From IMG/VR virus record IMGVR_UViG_3300002460_000021, positions 1-64,000 of that record: 64,000 nt of DNA, one strand, 5' to 3'. Shown piece after piece: positions 17,406 to 26,863 of this stretch (positions are counted from its first letter, which is position 1; each line of letters opens with the position of its first letter). Position numbers and translations under genes: made by a program. This DNA comes from a virus. The notes under the pieces were generated by a model. That model ran no database searches. It saw only the letters and a program-made list of their open reading frames with translations, and was not told the origin of the DNA.

Positions 17406-19301
17406 CTACTGAGCGCCGAACTGCTGCTGCATTACCATTTGCCGCCCCTGCGACGCAGCCTGCGACCGCATATCCCGCAACATCGACGTAACGGCCATGT
17501 GCATGGTCGGATTAGCCTGCTTAAGCGTAAGCAGCTCAGTGCGTCGCTGTGCATCAGGTAGGGCTAACAGCTGGCTAGCCAGAGCCTGTGCGCGGCCCCA
17601 CAGATCCTGCGGTGTAATGGCACTATTGGGCCCGATGGGCATCTGTGCCATCGCCTGTTGAACAGGGCTGGGCGGCGCGCCCATGCCTTGACCCTGCTGA
17701 CTAGGATCGCCGCCGCCCTGTCCAGCCGGCGGTGCTCCGCCAGGAGGTGCCGCGCCACCAGGAGCTCCCGGTGCGCCGCCCTGAGACAGCTGCTGTTGTG
17801 TCTGCTTATCTTGCATGCGCTCCTGGAACTCTTGCTGCAGCGTAACCTGATATTCTTCCTCTTCAAGCATTTTACGCATTTCCTTGCGCACATCAAGATC
17901 GAGAGGACGAAGCGCAGTATCCTGCGAAATCTGTTTGCCGGCGGCCAGCTGCAGTTGTGCTGTGATCTTGCTAAGATCGTCAGCATGCATGGGCCTGGTA
18001 AGACGCAATTCCGCGTGTTCCCAGCTAAGCAACTCAGTTAGCCGATCAGACAGAAAATCCAAAAAGGCATTAAGACTCTGTGGTAAATAAACCCACTGGG
18101 ATTCAAATAAACGAATAGCTGCCGGGGCTGTTTGTAACTGTAACGTTCCTTTAAACAGCTCCACCGGCACACCCAATCCATTAAGCAGCACTTCTAGCCC
18201 TTGCTCAAGCAGGTCCTTTGGAGCTAACGCGCGAGCGTCGCCGCCTAATGCTTTATATTCAATCGGGAAAGGCAGCACATTCCACGCAGCTGGATCCCGG
18301 CGACGGCGACGTAACATGGACTGTACACGTGAAACGAACGAACTCATATTGAGGTTTGCCAACGGTTCTTGCGCCGAGTCCCCCGACCGTTGTGCCGGGG
18401 TGATCGTCCTAAATGGAATAACGTAATCTAGGGCAATTGCTTCGTTATAGCGATGCAAGACCTGGCAGTACCACATTTGCCGGAAGGCGGTGAGAAAATG
18501 CGGGATACCCCAGCCGCGCGTACGCAGACCAGCCAGCGGCTCTTCTCTTAGGTGATACACCACATTGTCAGCAAATCTGAAGAAGTTATTGTGCTTGATA
18601 GCCTGGATTACTTCCCATGGCGCGTGCATGATATGAAGTAACTTGCCCTCAGTAACTTGCTTACGATAATCAGCAGGTATCTTCCAAATAATATTTGTAG
18701 TGTCGGTGTATAGATCGTGATTAATTTCGATGTCGTTAGGGTTCCAGCGCATTACGTATACGTCTTCAGCTCTGCCGCGGCGATCTATAGGCTTGCCCCA
18801 ACTGCCTCTAAACTTGCAGGCAGGGCAGGTCGCATGGAACTCGAAATTACTCCATATAAAATTAAACTTGGGATCATTGGCAATAACGTCTAGCGGAAAT
18901 TCAACTCTACTGCACTTGGGACAGCGCAGTGAACGTTTAAACTTCATCAAGACACTAACGAACGAATTTCCGTAAATCAAGAAGTCTAGTCCGATAGCAC
19001 GCAAGTGTCGCCTCACGTGCAGCGTATTATCTAGAAAATCTTCGTAATTATCTTTTTCATCGTCACTGATATCCTCGCCAGCTATCTCGATATCTGTTAG
19101 GAAGTAGGCTACGACACGAGACATGGCCTGACGATACGTAACGTTGTTGGAGGCGATATACTCCGCCCAACGTACCATCGTGATCGGGTTTTCTGGGTAG
19201 GCCGTAGACGCCATGTCCGACCACGGGCTCGGGAAGCCATACGTGTCGGTGGCGTTTAAGCTGGTAGAGGACGAAGCCGAAATATCGAATAGACTTCCCA
19301 T
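17406..19301 (-). CDS. Putative portal protein
   Basis: IGLDFLIYGNSFV and WNPNDIEI patterns, LGVPVELF, Gln/Gly-rich tail; size typical of large-phage portals. Confidence 0.55.
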   Translation of the reverse strand: MGSLFDISASSSTSLNATDTYGFPSPWSDMASTAYPENPITMVRWAEYIASNNVTYRQAMSRVVAYFLTDIEIAGEDISDDEKDNYEDFLDNTLHVRRHLRAIGLDFLIYGNSFVSVLMKFKRSLRCPKCSRVEFPLDVIANDPKFNFIWSNFEFHATCPACKFRGSWGKPIDRRGRAEDVYVMRWNPNDIEINHDLYTDTTNIIWKIPADYRKQVTEGKLLHIMHAPWEVIQAIKHNNFFRFADNVVYHLREEPLAGLRTRGWGIPHFLTAFRQMWYCQVLHRYNEAIALDYVIPFRTITPAQRSGDSAQEPLANLNMSSFVSRVQSMLRRRRRDPAAWNVLPFPIEYKALGGDARALAPKDLLEQGLEVLLNGLGVPVELFKGTLQLQTAPAAIRLFESQWVYLPQSLNAFLDFLSDRLTELLSWEHAELRLTRPMHADDLSKITAQLQLAAGKQISQDTALRPLDLDVRKEMRKMLEEEEYQVTLQQEFQERMQDKQTQQQLSQGGAPGAPGGAAPPGGAPPAGQGGGDPSQQGQGMGAPPSPVQQAMAQMPIGPNSAITPQDLWGRAQALASQLLALPDAQRRTELLTLKQANPTMHMAVTSMLRDMRSQAASQGRQMVMQQQFGAQ

Positions 19302-19319
19302 TGAGCCGTCCCTGGCAAC

Positions 19320-19333
19320 AATATCCGGATATT
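19320..19333. repeat. AATATCCGGATATT palindrome copy 5
   Basis: Exact; overlaps TAA stop 19332-19334. Confidence 0.95.
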
Positions 19334-19529
19334 ACCCGCAGCAGCCGGCGTCGTCTTCGTTACACCGTGATGGCGAGCAGTACTTGGCAATAGCGTCAGC
19401 CATGCGCTTAGTTGGATGCGCGGCCAGATGTCGTAGAGAACACGGCTTATCCGACTGTGCCGCTTTTTCTACTGTCCCCTGATCCTCGGGCGGAGTGTTT
19501 TCCGCGTTAATCATACCGTGTTTTTCCAC
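19332..19529 (-). CDS. Small hypothetical protein
   Basis: GAGG RBS, GTG start. Confidence 0.6.
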   Translation of the reverse strand: MEKHGMINAENTPPEDQGTVEKAAQSDKPCSLRHLAAHPTKRMADAIAKYCSPSRCNEDDAGCCG

Positions 19530-19543
19530 GACTAGTACCTCAT

Positions 19544-20404
19544 TTAATTTTTAGCTCGAGCCTGGTCTACAATTAGTAGACAAATATCCCAATCCATAAA
19601 TGGGATTACACAACCAAGTGATTGAACAGCATATACCTCGGGTAGCTCTTCAATATCGACAAATAGCGTCTGACCGTCCTTGGTAGCAGGCGGGAAATAC
19701 TTGGGACCACGATAACGCCTATCAAACGCAAGCACTAGCCACATGTCATAACGATACGCTAGGTGATAATACGCATCCAGGGAGCCGAATGCATCTAGCT
19801 CAAAGATGACATGATTTTCAGGCGGAGCGACTTGCATCGGAGGCGCCGCAACAGGAGCCGCAGTAGCTTTATCCATATGAGCCCTAAAAGCAGAAGCTGG
19901 AGATGGCATAGAGTGTGTCGCGGTAGCAAACACTTGCCTGGATTGAACAACTGTAGGAGTGGGGTAAGGCCCGCCAAGGTCGGCGCCGGCAAACGGTGGC
20001 CTCGCGGCGGCCTCGGCTACACCGCGATCGTACTCTTTAGCAATACCGGCCATATTTCTGAATGACGTTACGGCAGCCTCTCTGGCGTCCTCATTAGTTG
20101 ACGCATTCTTAATAAGATCGCCGTTATGAGTGGCGGTTACAATGTCCCCGGAGTTTAGCTTTCGCAAATCAACCTCTATGTGCAGTGACGGATCATCCAC
20201 ATCAACGACATGCACAGTACCGGGCATGTGGGGATTAAACCCAACCAACCCGCCTTCCTTACTAGCCTTACCGACCACGTGGCCCCGGATCGGGTACGCC
20301 CCGGCCGTTGTCTCTTGTAGACGGCGCTGGGCTAATTCCTGCAATGCTGCCGCGTTAGTTAAATCTACTGACGTGGAAGGAGCAGACATACACAATCCTT
20401 TCAT
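19544..20404 (-). CDS. Hypothetical protein
   Basis: 286 aa ORF. Confidence 0.65.
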   Translation of the reverse strand: MKGLCMSAPSTSVDLTNAAALQELAQRRLQETTAGAYPIRGHVVGKASKEGGLVGFNPHMPGTVHVVDVDDPSLHIEVDLRKLNSGDIVTATHNGDLIKNASTNEDAREAAVTSFRNMAGIAKEYDRGVAEAAARPPFAGADLGGPYPTPTVVQSRQVFATATHSMPSPASAFRAHMDKATAAPVAAPPMQVAPPENHVIFELDAFGSLDAYYHLAYRYDMWLVLAFDRRYRGPKYFPPATKDGQTLFVDIEELPEVYAVQSLGCVIPFMDWDICLLIVDQARAKN

Positions 20405-20489
20405 TTAAAAATAATAGCACAGTAACTGTGCTTCTCTTGAGAGTATCGCCTATTATTTAAAATCGCGGTAGCCCAAGCCCGCGGTATAC

Positions 20490-20517
20490 TTGACTGACGC
20501 GACCCGAAAGCTATAAT
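20490..20517 (+). promoter_or_regulatory. sigma70-type promoter for csrA
   Basis: TTGACT-16-TATAAT. Confidence 0.7.
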
Positions 20518-20551
20518 CATCTTAACAGCACCAAACAAAAAGGGAGTAGTC

Positions 20552-20737
20552 ATGCTGGTATTAACTAGAAAGCCGGATGAAACGTTAATCCTCGAGTTGC
20601 CACAAGGTACCGTACAAATTATGGTTGTGTCAATCGAAGGTGGACGAGCCAAGCTAGGAATAAGCGCACCAGCTAGCGTTAACATCCGCCGCGGCGAATT
20701 AGCGCCACGCTACGATCCAGTGCCGGTCAAAGGCTAA
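20552..20737 (+). CDS. csrA: Carbon storage regulator CsrA/RsmA
   Basis: MLVLTRK..E...I.V..I.G..AKLGISAP.SV.I.RGEL; GGGAG RBS. Confidence 0.9.
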   Translation: MLVLTRKPDETLILELPQGTVQIMVVSIEGGRAKLGISAPASVNIRRGELAPRYDPVPVKG

Positions 20738-20775
20738 AAAAATAAGCGCCTGGGGTTAACCCAGGCGCTTATTTT
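20737..20775. terminator. Bidirectional intrinsic terminator
   Basis: AAAATAAGCGCCTGGG-gttaa-CCCAGGCGCTTATTTT between convergent genes. Confidence 0.85.
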
Positions 20776-20776
20776 G

Positions 20777-21772
20777 TTATGGCGCCTCTTCTTCCACAGA
20801 AGTAGGCGCGGCCTCGGCCTCCTCCTCATTCTCTGGTTCTCTCAATTTGTACAGGGCGTCCGAGAGAGAGTACCGCCCCCCTCGAACATCCCCATCCAAC
20901 ACTTCCTGCCAGACGTAGATTCGGCTCCTATTCAGGACAATCTCCCTCTCCGGCGCCCTGGGGCCTCGATGACCGCGGTCATTGATGAGATGCGCGCCCA
21001 GCAGGGCTCGCATGTCCAATACCGCCCCCTGGCCGAACGCGTTGGGCACTGACTCAGCCGGGAAGTAGAGCTCCCGACCGTCCGCGCTTGGTAGCACCTC
21101 GGCATCGACAACCTTGTCGAGAGCTTCGCCCGTTATGAGCTCATGCTCATTGGGCACCCATCCGTAGATGGACGCTTGCCGGGCGGCCCAGGTCCTGAAC
21201 AAGCTGGAGGCCATGACGGCGTCACCATAAACCTCATCAACTATCCTCATGACGCTCGGCAGGGGCGGCAACAGCCGATTGAGCTGTCGATGAAGTCGTT
21301 CCAGCTTACGCTGGTCGTCATCGCCCCAGGCTGACTGGGTGTTGCGCTTGTTATAAAGCGCCACCAAGTTGCGCTGGTCGTTATAGGCCAGCTCCCGCGC
21401 CGCTTCGGCATCCAGGATTAGCTGTGCGTCAGAAGACGGCCCAATCTTCACCTCATTCCAGGTGGAGCCGTCGATGACATTGCCGCAGTTGCCGAAGCCT
21501 CCGATCCGAATTTGGTCATTAGCCATCACGGTAACGTCCCATGTCGCCACCTCGATCCAGGGCGGAGCGCCGTCAGGCGTGACGATGCGACTACTGACGA
21601 AAATAACATCGTCAGGATTCATCACATCGTCCAGGGCGATCGAGCCCCGCTTCATGTACCATCCCGTGATGAGTTTCCTCATCGACCACGTAAGGTTGCG
21701 CGGCCGGCGTCCGATGAAGTTCCACCACAGTTTCATGATATCCTTCTGCATAGCCATCCCCCTTTCGACCAC
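20777..21772 (-). CDS. Hypothetical protein with its own promoter
   Basis: 331 aa ORF, GC-rich codon usage. Confidence 0.65.
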   Translation of the reverse strand: MVERGMAMQKDIMKLWWNFIGRRPRNLTWSMRKLITGWYMKRGSIALDDVMNPDDVIFVSSRIVTPDGAPPWIEVATWDVTVMANDQIRIGGFGNCGNVIDGSTWNEVKIGPSSDAQLILDAEAARELAYNDQRNLVALYNKRNTQSAWGDDDQRKLERLHRQLNRLLPPLPSVMRIVDEVYGDAVMASSLFRTWAARQASIYGWVPNEHELITGEALDKVVDAEVLPSADGRELYFPAESVPNAFGQGAVLDMRALLGAHLINDRGHRGPRAPEREIVLNRSRIYVWQEVLDGDVRGGRYSLSDALYKLREPENEEEAEAAPTSVEEEAP

Positions 21773-21871
21773 ACTTTGTGGCCCGTTAGAAACACAGAGC
21801 CGGCTAGCAAGCGCCAGCCGGCTCTTATCGAAACACGGTCTGCCGCGCTAAGCGGCAGTGACAGAAGACTA

Positions 21872-21905
21872 GTTAATAATGCCAGGAAAGCTATTTAAAT
21901 TTAGC
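21872..21905 (-). promoter_or_regulatory. Putative phage promoter CTAAAT-N15-GGCATTATTA, followed by two leader hairpins (21797-21858)
   Basis: Fourth copy of the motif. Confidence 0.6.
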
Positions 21906-21921
21906 ATGCCGCGCGAACGCG

Positions 21922-22314
21922 TCAAAATTCTAACGCGTCATCATATTCAAGCGGCCCGGACTCCTCCGAAGCCGCGGCTCTGGCGGGGCGCTCCGCCGAC
22001 GCGGACCTAGCCACAAGCCACACGTCAGGATCAGGCTCAATTGGGACAGGCGCTTCCAGAGGTATCGGCTCAGCTCCATTAACAAGCAAATAACGATGCG
22101 GGCCCTTCGATAAATGAATACGCTCACCTTTAACTATGGCAACGCATCTATACTCGACGTCTTCAGAGGCATATGCCTTACGTACAGCTTCAATTAAATC
22201 GGCCTCAGTAGGGTACGCGGTTATACTAAAAAAGTCGCCTTCTACAAGAAAATATGCTGCACTTTTAACTGGCGTGTCTGCGCACTCTGGAACAATACTT
22301 GTTGGGCTACTCAT
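21922..22314 (-). CDS. Hypothetical protein
   Basis: ORF coupled to the upstream gene. Confidence 0.6.
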   Translation of the reverse strand: MSSPTSIVPECADTPVKSAAYFLVEGDFFSITAYPTEADLIEAVRKAYASEDVEYRCVAIVKGERIHLSKGPHRYLLVNGAEPIPLEAPVPIEPDPDVWLVARSASAERPARAAASEESGPLEYDDALEF

Positions 22315-22951
22315 CTAGCTTATCCCCAAATAAAGTTTGTACAAATATAGCCGTGTCGGACAATGGCGGGCTCTTCGTAAGACTAATGGGGCCGGCGTAC
22401 ATCGGTAGTGGTGGCGCCCAGTGCCAACAACCCACGGAACTGTCGAGACCGACAATGTTTAACACAATTGTAGGCCAGTCCGCTAGAAGCGGTAGTTTTT
22501 GTTGCGCCAAATAATCGACAGATAGTATGCGCTGACGCAACGAACGCCAGAACAGCCGCCGCGGCGTATTCATGGCCGAAGTGGCGTCTAGCTGTTTTTC
22601 CAAAATCGGCCAATGTTCTTTGGGCGCGGCGTAAAGTACAGAATCAAAGGCGTTACCTAGCCCCGATAGAATAGGCTTATCAAACCAGATTGCCAGAGGG
22701 CGATCAGTATCAGGCAGGTTATATTCTGCGTAGGCCAGGGCGATGGGATCAAAGGACAAACCACCCAAAGTAAACAAAATAGCGTGATGAAAGAAAACAT
22801 AATCCTTTTCCAAAGCTATTAGCCGATCCACATTAGCCGGTAACTTACGCAGCGGCGGCCCGGCGTGATCGGCATGCACGGCCGCCGCTGGTGTAATTCC
22901 GGCGGTAAGCGGACGGATTAGTTGGCCATCCTGATTGACAATAGTCATCAT
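22307..22951 (-). CDS. Hypothetical protein
   Basis: 214 aa ORF. Confidence 0.6.
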   Translation of the reverse strand: MMTIVNQDGQLIRPLTAGITPAAAVHADHAGPPLRKLPANVDRLIALEKDYVFFHHAILFTLGGLSFDPIALAYAEYNLPDTDRPLAIWFDKPILSGLGNAFDSVLYAAPKEHWPILEKQLDATSAMNTPRRLFWRSLRQRILSVDYLAQQKLPLLADWPTIVLNIVGLDSSVGCWHWAPPLPMYAGPISLTKSPPLSDTAIFVQTLFGDKLDE

Positions 22952-22957
22952 GAATTC

Positions 22958-23377
22958 CTAGTCGTCGTTATCGTCTTCCTCGTCCTCCTCTAGCCAATCC
23001 TCATCCCAATCACGCTCGACCTCTTCGTCATCACCGTCCTCATCCAGCAACGAGTCACAGGTGCCGCAAACAAGAAAAGAAGGCGCGCCAGTCTTCGTAT
23101 CGACGTATAAATTCCAGCCATCTGGAACGTCTTCCTCGTTATCCGGCGGCCAAACACCGGGAACTTGCCCGCCACAATCAATGCAAGTGCCGTTAACCAT
23201 TGATTCTTTGGAAATCGCGTCCAGTTGCTCTAATGAGCGTTGAACGTCCGCCGGCAGCTCCTCTTCGATGTCGCCAGCGAACTTAACCTCGTACCCCGGT
23301 AACTCAGCATGAAACCTGTCCTCAATCTCTTTGACAACCTTAGGCGGTAAATCTTCTCTTCGAATCTCGCCAGACAT
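22958..23377 (-). CDS. Acidic protein with CxxC...CxxC
   Basis: CIDC/CGTC, acidic tail. Confidence 0.6.
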   Translation of the reverse strand: MSGEIRREDLPPKVVKEIEDRFHAELPGYEVKFAGDIEEELPADVQRSLEQLDAISKESMVNGTCIDCGGQVPGVWPPDNEEDVPDGWNLYVDTKTGAPSFLVCGTCDSLLDEDGDDEEVERDWDEDWLEEDEEDDNDD

Positions 23378-23390
23378 TCTGCTTACCCCC

Positions 23391-23404
23391 AATATCCGGA
23401 TATT
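23391..23404. repeat. AATATCCGGATATT palindrome copy 6
   Basis: Exact; overlaps TAA stop 23403-23405. Confidence 0.95.
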
Positions 23405-24002
23405 AGGTAGAGGCGCACCAGGCCTTACCTACTTTAGCCACAGGACTAAGCCACAGCTTGTCATGTCCTTTATCCGCTACGTCCGTGTTATCGTCAGTTG
23501 CCATATATTGTGCGTAGTGAAGCATGCAGATAGCGTCCGCCATGCCATCATGCGGAGTACGCGAGCGCGGCGTGGCCATCAGGCTGGCCTCGGGGTGGCG
23601 CGCCTGTGCATAGGATATAGCTGCAACCTTATCCTTCTTAGTGCCGCGCAAAGTGTGGGCCTTCCAATCTTGCGAGCGCATTATATGAAGCTTGATCCCA
23701 AGAGTGTGAATAATGCCCAGCCAAATACCGTAGCCCCTGCCAAAACTAAATGTACTAGAGACCCCTTGCACGCGGCCCTCTTTTCTCATAGGAACGGCGC
23801 GTTCAATAACTAGCAAATCTAAATCACAGTAATCCTTTAGACATTGCACCATCGCCGGAATATTAAAATCTCGTGACGTGCCATCTTTAACCAGCGGTGT
23901 AGGGCGCGCTATGACGGAACCGTCATAATACATAAAAGCCAGAGCGCCGTCTAAACCAGGGTCAATGGCGCCAAATTTAACAATCGGTTTAATCACAGAC
24001 AC
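23403..24002 (-). CDS. RuvC-like Holliday junction resolvase
   Basis: AIDPGLDGA, VIE, QGVSSTFSFGRGYG, WK, HDGMADA. Confidence 0.85.
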   Translation of the reverse strand: MSVIKPIVKFGAIDPGLDGALAFMYYDGSVIARPTPLVKDGTSRDFNIPAMVQCLKDYCDLDLLVIERAVPMRKEGRVQGVSSTFSFGRGYGIWLGIIHTLGIKLHIMRSQDWKAHTLRGTKKDKVAAISYAQARHPEASLMATPRSRTPHDGMADAICMLHYAQYMATDDNTDVADKGHDKLWLSPVAKVGKAWCAST

Positions 24003-24304
24003 GGGGGCTCCTGGCTGTCATAATTTACAAGTACAAAAGCAAGTACGTAAGCCGCAATAGCCGCAGGTAGCACTACGATGTAATCAAATACGAAACACGT
24101 CAACTTGTAGGAAATGAAAACAAGTAACAGGACCGGATAAAAGAATACCACGGCTGTCAAAACAAGACCGGCATCGCCACTAGCTTTTTCAGGGTACGGC
24201 CCCCAGAATTTTTCCATCTTGTCGTATACAGCGCCACCGATACCCAAATAAACCGACACACCAATAATGCACGCAACAATTACTTGAACAAGGCCATACT
24301 CCAT
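23993..24304 (-). CDS. Membrane protein
   Basis: Three hydrophobic segments. Confidence 0.6.
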   Translation of the reverse strand: MEYGLVQVIVACIIGVSVYLGIGGAVYDKMEKFWGPYPEKASGDAGLVLTAVVFFYPVLLLVFISYKLTCFVFDYIVVLPAAIAAYVLAFVLVNYDSQEPPCL

Positions 24305-24318
24305 GCAGACATCTCCAT

Positions 24319-25038
24319 TCAGACTTGAGCCAGCTCACGCATTGTTTCTAGCACTAGCGCCGCAACTCTGGAATCGTACGCCGCCGTGTGCGCGAGCGAC
24401 GTGTCTAAGTTATACTTTTTATCAAGCCCCAATACGGGTACAGCATAACCGTCTAATGACCATTTTATACGGCACGGCGCATGCAGTACACGAGAGGCAA
24501 ACTTCCACGGAGGCTCCATCGGGTCGGGCATCCAATCCATCTGCGCGGCTTTGATGAAACAACCAGTATCCATAATGGATTCGGCAGGAAGCTCGTAACT
24601 ATAATGAAGGAACCGCCTTAAGTGGGCAGATAGCATCGGAGAATCAAAACGGATTATATTGTGCCCTACGATAACGGACGGTAACCAGCTAAGTACACGG
24701 TGAAAAAAGCCCGACAGCGCATCTACCGGGTCCTCGCCAGTTGCAAGTTTACCCATAGTCCAGTTATATGGCTTGCCCCGCTTAGTTACCTTATCTCTTG
24801 TCCACTCTAGTCTGCGCTTAAGCCAAGCCGGATCGACATCTGGATGGTTGGTCCAATTAAGAATTGTGCTGCCGTTCTCGACTATCTCTTGATTGACAAC
24901 ATGACACCAGCCCAATTGAAGAACCGGATCTTCATTAAGGCTAAGCCCTGATGTCTCACAATCTATTACTAAGTAGTCCTGGGGAAGTGGGCCATAAACT
25001 CTGACCCACTCGCGCATCCAGCGCTTCCAGACCTCCAT
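24319..25038 (-). CDS. DEDDh 3'-5' exonuclease (DnaQ-like)
   Basis: IDCETSG, VGHNIIRFD, AHTAAYDS. Confidence 0.85.
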   Translation of the reverse strand: MEVWKRWMREWVRVYGPLPQDYLVIDCETSGLSLNEDPVLQLGWCHVVNQEIVENGSTILNWTNHPDVDPAWLKRRLEWTRDKVTKRGKPYNWTMGKLATGEDPVDALSGFFHRVLSWLPSVIVGHNIIRFDSPMLSAHLRRFLHYSYELPAESIMDTGCFIKAAQMDWMPDPMEPPWKFASRVLHAPCRIKWSLDGYAVPVLGLDKKYNLDTSLAHTAAYDSRVAALVLETMRELAQV

Positions 25039-25056
25039 AGCAGCAAATCCTTCTAA

Positions 25057-25509
25057 TTAACGCGCGGCAACATGCTCAGCTAGCGCTGTCTGGACTTCTT
25101 GTCCGACTTTAACTAGCTCTTCAGACAAAGCTGGTCGCGTATTTATAGCTGTTGCTTCACGTATACCCATAAAAAACATACCAAGAACGACCTGACCAAT
25201 TTCAGCAAGTAATGCAAACTGCGCCGGAGCCGGCAATTCGAAAAATCCCGCGCCCTCAAGCCACGGGACAACGCCCTCCAACTCGGCAGCCGTACTAGTG
25301 TTAATCAGTTTAGCTAGCACGACCGCGGCATCGCCCAGACAACTTTCATCAACATTAGTGTGCTCTAGATAGCCAGCAAGCCACGGATCCCACGCTTCCC
25401 GAGCCAGCCCGTATGCAGCAGCACGAGCCAGATGCGGGAAAAAATGAGCTATATCCCGGTATGGGGCGTAAGGCATCCCGCCGCCGCTTGGAACGATTTG
25501 CATACTCAT
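25057..25509 (-). CDS. Hypothetical protein
   Basis: ORF in operon. Confidence 0.6.
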   Translation of the reverse strand: MSMQIVPSGGGMPYAPYRDIAHFFPHLARAAAYGLAREAWDPWLAGYLEHTNVDESCLGDAAVVLAKLINTSTAAELEGVVPWLEGAGFFELPAPAQFALLAEIGQVVLGMFFMGIREATAINTRPALSEELVKVGQEVQTALAEHVAAR

Positions 25510-25511
25510 AG

Positions 25512-25937
25512 TTACACCCCGCTAGAACCGAAGCCGTTGGTGCCGCGCACTGTAGCAGACAACTCAGCAACCTCTACCGGAGTACAGCACACAACGGGCT
25601 GAATAAGCAACTGCGCTATCTTATGCCCAGCGTCAACGTAGTACTGAGTGTGACCTAAATTAAATAGCAACACACGAATTTCGCCCCTATACGAACAGTC
25701 TATCACGCCCCCGACAGTGTGAATGTTCTTATTACCCATGCTGGAACGGTCCCATATAAGTCCTACGTATCCTTCCGGTATGGCAAGCGCTATCCCGGTG
25801 GAGATAACGGCCTTATCCCCAGGACTAATGGTGCACTCATCCAGCGCGTATAAGTCTAGTCCAGCGTCAGTATCTCCATTTCGCGTGGGTACTCGCGCGT
25901 TGGAAACCAATCGTTTAACTTCCACATACTGGAACAA
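25512..25937 (-). CDS. dut: Trimeric dUTPase
   Basis: AGLDL, RSSMG, GVIDCSYRGEI, IAQL, RGTNGFGSSG. Confidence 0.95.
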   Translation of the reverse strand: MFQYVEVKRLVSNARVPTRNGDTDAGLDLYALDECTISPGDKAVISTGIALAIPEGYVGLIWDRSSMGNKNIHTVGGVIDCSYRGEIRVLLFNLGHTQYYVDAGHKIAQLLIQPVVCCTPVEVAELSATVRGTNGFGSSGV

Positions 25938-25983
25938 AGCAGATCCTCCAGACTAACGCTTTGAACAACGTAGCAAGACTGTC

Positions 25984-26523
25984 TCAAAAACATGCAAGAA
26001 TGTCTAGAGCATCAGTTGCGCGTAAGCTCTGCATTAACTCCGCCAGCGGCTTTATCTCAAAATCCATATCTACAGAGCCATCAACTTTATATGTTGTTAG
26101 GCCCGCGCTCCAGCCCACGCCTGGCGGCGTCGACACCTTCCAAGAACAGCCGCGCCAAAACGCAGTACCATTTATACGTTTATTGCGTTGAGTGCAAAGC
26201 CCACCTATGTGCATTTCTGGAAAATAGGCGTACATAAGTGCGGCGCCTGAACTGCCAACAGCAAATTTCCAATAGCGCACCGCACAAAACTTATACACAG
26301 AAGAACCGACAAGGGGCGACGCAATCTCAGTATTAGTAAGCAATTTAAGAGGACTGGCCGAGGCGGCAGCCGCCTCGGCCAGTTTCTCAAGCTGCTGCAG
26401 CCAAAGCACAAAGGCCTCAGGATGCAAATGCATGCCAAAATGGCAACAGAATTCATAGCTCCCTAGCTCTCTGCTTGGCTCGACGTGTATGACTACTCCC
26501 GGAGCATGAATCTGTAGCGCCAA
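25984..26523 (-). CDS. Hypothetical protein
   Basis: ORF track. Confidence 0.45.
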   Translation of the reverse strand: MALQIHAPGVVIHVEPSRELGSYEFCCHFGMHLHPEAFVLWLQQLEKLAEAAAASASPLKLLTNTEIASPLVGSSVYKFCAVRYWKFAVGSSGAALMYAYFPEMHIGGLCTQRNKRINGTAFWRGCSWKVSTPPGVGWSAGLTTYKVDGSVDMDFEIKPLAELMQSLRATDALDILACF

Positions 26524-26830
26524 TTAGTTCCCCGCTGTTAACTGGAAAGTACAATTTATCGTTATTCTCACCAAATCGTATAGTCGCGTATCCGCGTCTA
26601 ACCATGTCTCGCAATATGCCGTTAATAACCTGCCTGGCGCCTACTAACAACGATTCTTCGAACGAAATAGAGGCCAGCGTACCGGCACGGTAATGCCGCG
26701 TACTGCAAAATCGTCGTCGCGCTTGTTCCGGTCTTACGTGCTTACCTACCCTGGCCACCAGACGATCCAGTGTCCACTGGATCGTCTGGTCTGCCAGGTG
26801 TCGAAGAATCTCGTCCTTAAGCACGAGCAT
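26453..26830 (-). CDS. Basic hypothetical protein, possibly winged-helix
   Basis: C-terminal LRDMVRRGYATI...KLYF. Confidence 0.5.
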   Translation of the reverse strand: MLVLKDEILRHLADQTIQWTLDRLVARVGKHVRPEQARRRFCSTRHYRAGTLASISFEESLLVGARQVINGILRDMVRRGYATIRFGENNDKLYFPVNSGELIGATDSCSGSSHTRRAKQRAREL

Positions 26831-26863
26831 TCATGACCCTACTTTCTATAACGCATTTAGATG

